48,112 nucleotides of DNA from Gammaproteobacteria bacterium. GTDB lineage: Bacteria; Pseudomonadota; Gammaproteobacteria; Pseudomonadales; Azotimanducaceae. Both the position numbers and the translations under genes were made by a program. The notes under the pieces were generated by a model. That model made no database searches and was not told the DNA's origin. It was given only the letters and a program-made list of their open reading frames with translations. Shown in pieces: positions 47,386-48,112 of the stretch. The DNA lies in assembly GCA_003230835.1 (NCBI GenBank), contig QIGT01000076.1, forward strand, positions 1 through 48,112. The letters run 5' to 3'. The stretch's first letter is position 1. Every line of letters starts with the position of its first letter.

Positions 47386-48112
47386 GTGCGCCAGGCATGG
47401 CGCGAAGCGTCATGATTGGCGTTGTTCCCGAAGCTGTGGTGGCAACGGGAAGACTTGGTGGTGAAAGTCCACTACCGGCCCGACAAGGGGAACGGTTAGC
47501 CGAAGGCAAGGGTGTCCATCGTGAGGTGGAATCTGAAGGAAGCCTACGGGTGTAAACAACCCTCGGCAAAGCACTGGCTCGACGAACAGAAATCGCATGA
47601 GAGGCAGCAATACTGGATAAGAAGTCCAAACTCTTCGAAGTCCCATACCTGTACAGAAGGTGTTGTTGTAGATGCGGCGGGCATAAGTGCGAAGGTCGCG
47701 CGTCTTACCCTGGGAGGTCTGGTTTTCCGCTGCTGTGCAGCTACCGATACTGAGAGGTGTTGGGATGGATTATCAGAAGTCAGCAGAAGCCATAGTAGGT
47801 GACGTACCGGTCATTGAAGGGCTGAACATGAGGAACCGTTAGTAGGCGATACGCCAAATCTGGACCCGATGACAGCAGAAATGAGTCAATCAGCGAACAG
47901 CCAAGCAAGCGAGCAGAACTCGCCGAGAGCGCGGTCTCGTGCAGAGGGTACAGATCAGGGCATAACGTGGACGAAGGCGGAGTCAGCGCTAATGGAGCAG
48001 GTCGTTGACCGAGCCAACCTGCAGCGCGCCTATCAGCGAGTGAAACGCAACAAGGGCGCAGCAGGCATTGATGGCCTGACCGTGACCGAGTTGGGCGATC
48101 TCGTGAGGCAAC
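47386..48112 (+). mobile_element. Group II intron, class IIC (5' part; runs off the window)
   Basis: 5' GTGCGCCAGGCATGG lies a few nt after a terminator. Ribozyme motifs GGTGAAAGTCC, GTGAGGTGGAATCTGAAGGAAG and AAGTCAGCAGAAGCCATAGTAG..GAAGGGCTGAAC are present, and the RT ORF follows. Confidence 0.93.
47869..48112 (+). CDS. ltrA: Group II intron reverse transcriptase/maturase, N-terminus (truncated; start could be 47869, 47881 or 47992)
   Basis: Open frame to the window end, reading ..WTKAESALMEQVVDRANLQRAYQRVKRNKGAAGIDGLTVTEL.. (RT0 signature). It is absent from the ORF track because no stop is reached. Confidence 0.92.
   Translation, partial: MTAEMSQSANSQASEQNSPRARSRAEGTDQGITWTKAESALMEQVVDRANLQRAYQRVKRNKGAAGIDGLTVTELGDLVRQ

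Noticed and set aside
47177-47802. ORFs 47177-47629, 47410-47646 and 47512-47802
   Set aside because: They lie in or antisense to the intron ribozyme and terminator and show no protein motifs.
1-48112. Further TGA read-through genes, tRNA-Sec, rRNA, CRISPR, integron attC arrays, and the many short antisense ORFs
   Set aside because: The other TGA stops fall at natural family C-termini or ATGA overlaps. No tRNA, rRNA or repeat-spacer pattern was seen by eye. The short ORFs are shadows of well-supported genes.

Overview
A 48 kb gene-dense chromosomal segment, probably from a heterotrophic aquatic or marine gammaproteobacterium (inferred from gene content and a Gammaproteobacteria-type LexA box). 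About 40 CDSs are mostly catabolic, detoxification and transport genes: two TauD-like dioxygenases, two paralogous acyl-CoA dehydrogenases, a ThDP enzyme, a DMFase-beta-like protein, acetoacetate-CoA ligase, epoxide hydrolase, a HheD-type halohydrin dehalogenase, GST, GloA, malate synthase G, and MATE/MFS/RND/SSS transporters. The main hidden signal is two genes that the ORF track splits at in-frame TGA codons and that read as selenoproteins. One is a UGSC-family protein (5952-6470, +) in an operon with a CxxC redoxin-fused partner and an MFS transporter. The other is a GrdB/PrdB-like protein (44340-45221, -). Both TGAs are followed by hairpins with the same CA-GTT-TG apex, and both proteins share U-x-x-C-x11-E-x2-G-x-P-x-V. 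The window ends inside a class IIC group II intron inserted just after the terminator of a small VPEID-CTERM-like gene. Other observations are a near-perfect SOS box on the start codon of a tiny DUF4224-like ORF, two candidate sRNAs, an RND pump operon that continues into an RPH/PigC-like PEP-utilising enzyme, and several short intergenic tandem duplications. All family assignments are from motif recognition; no database searches were run.
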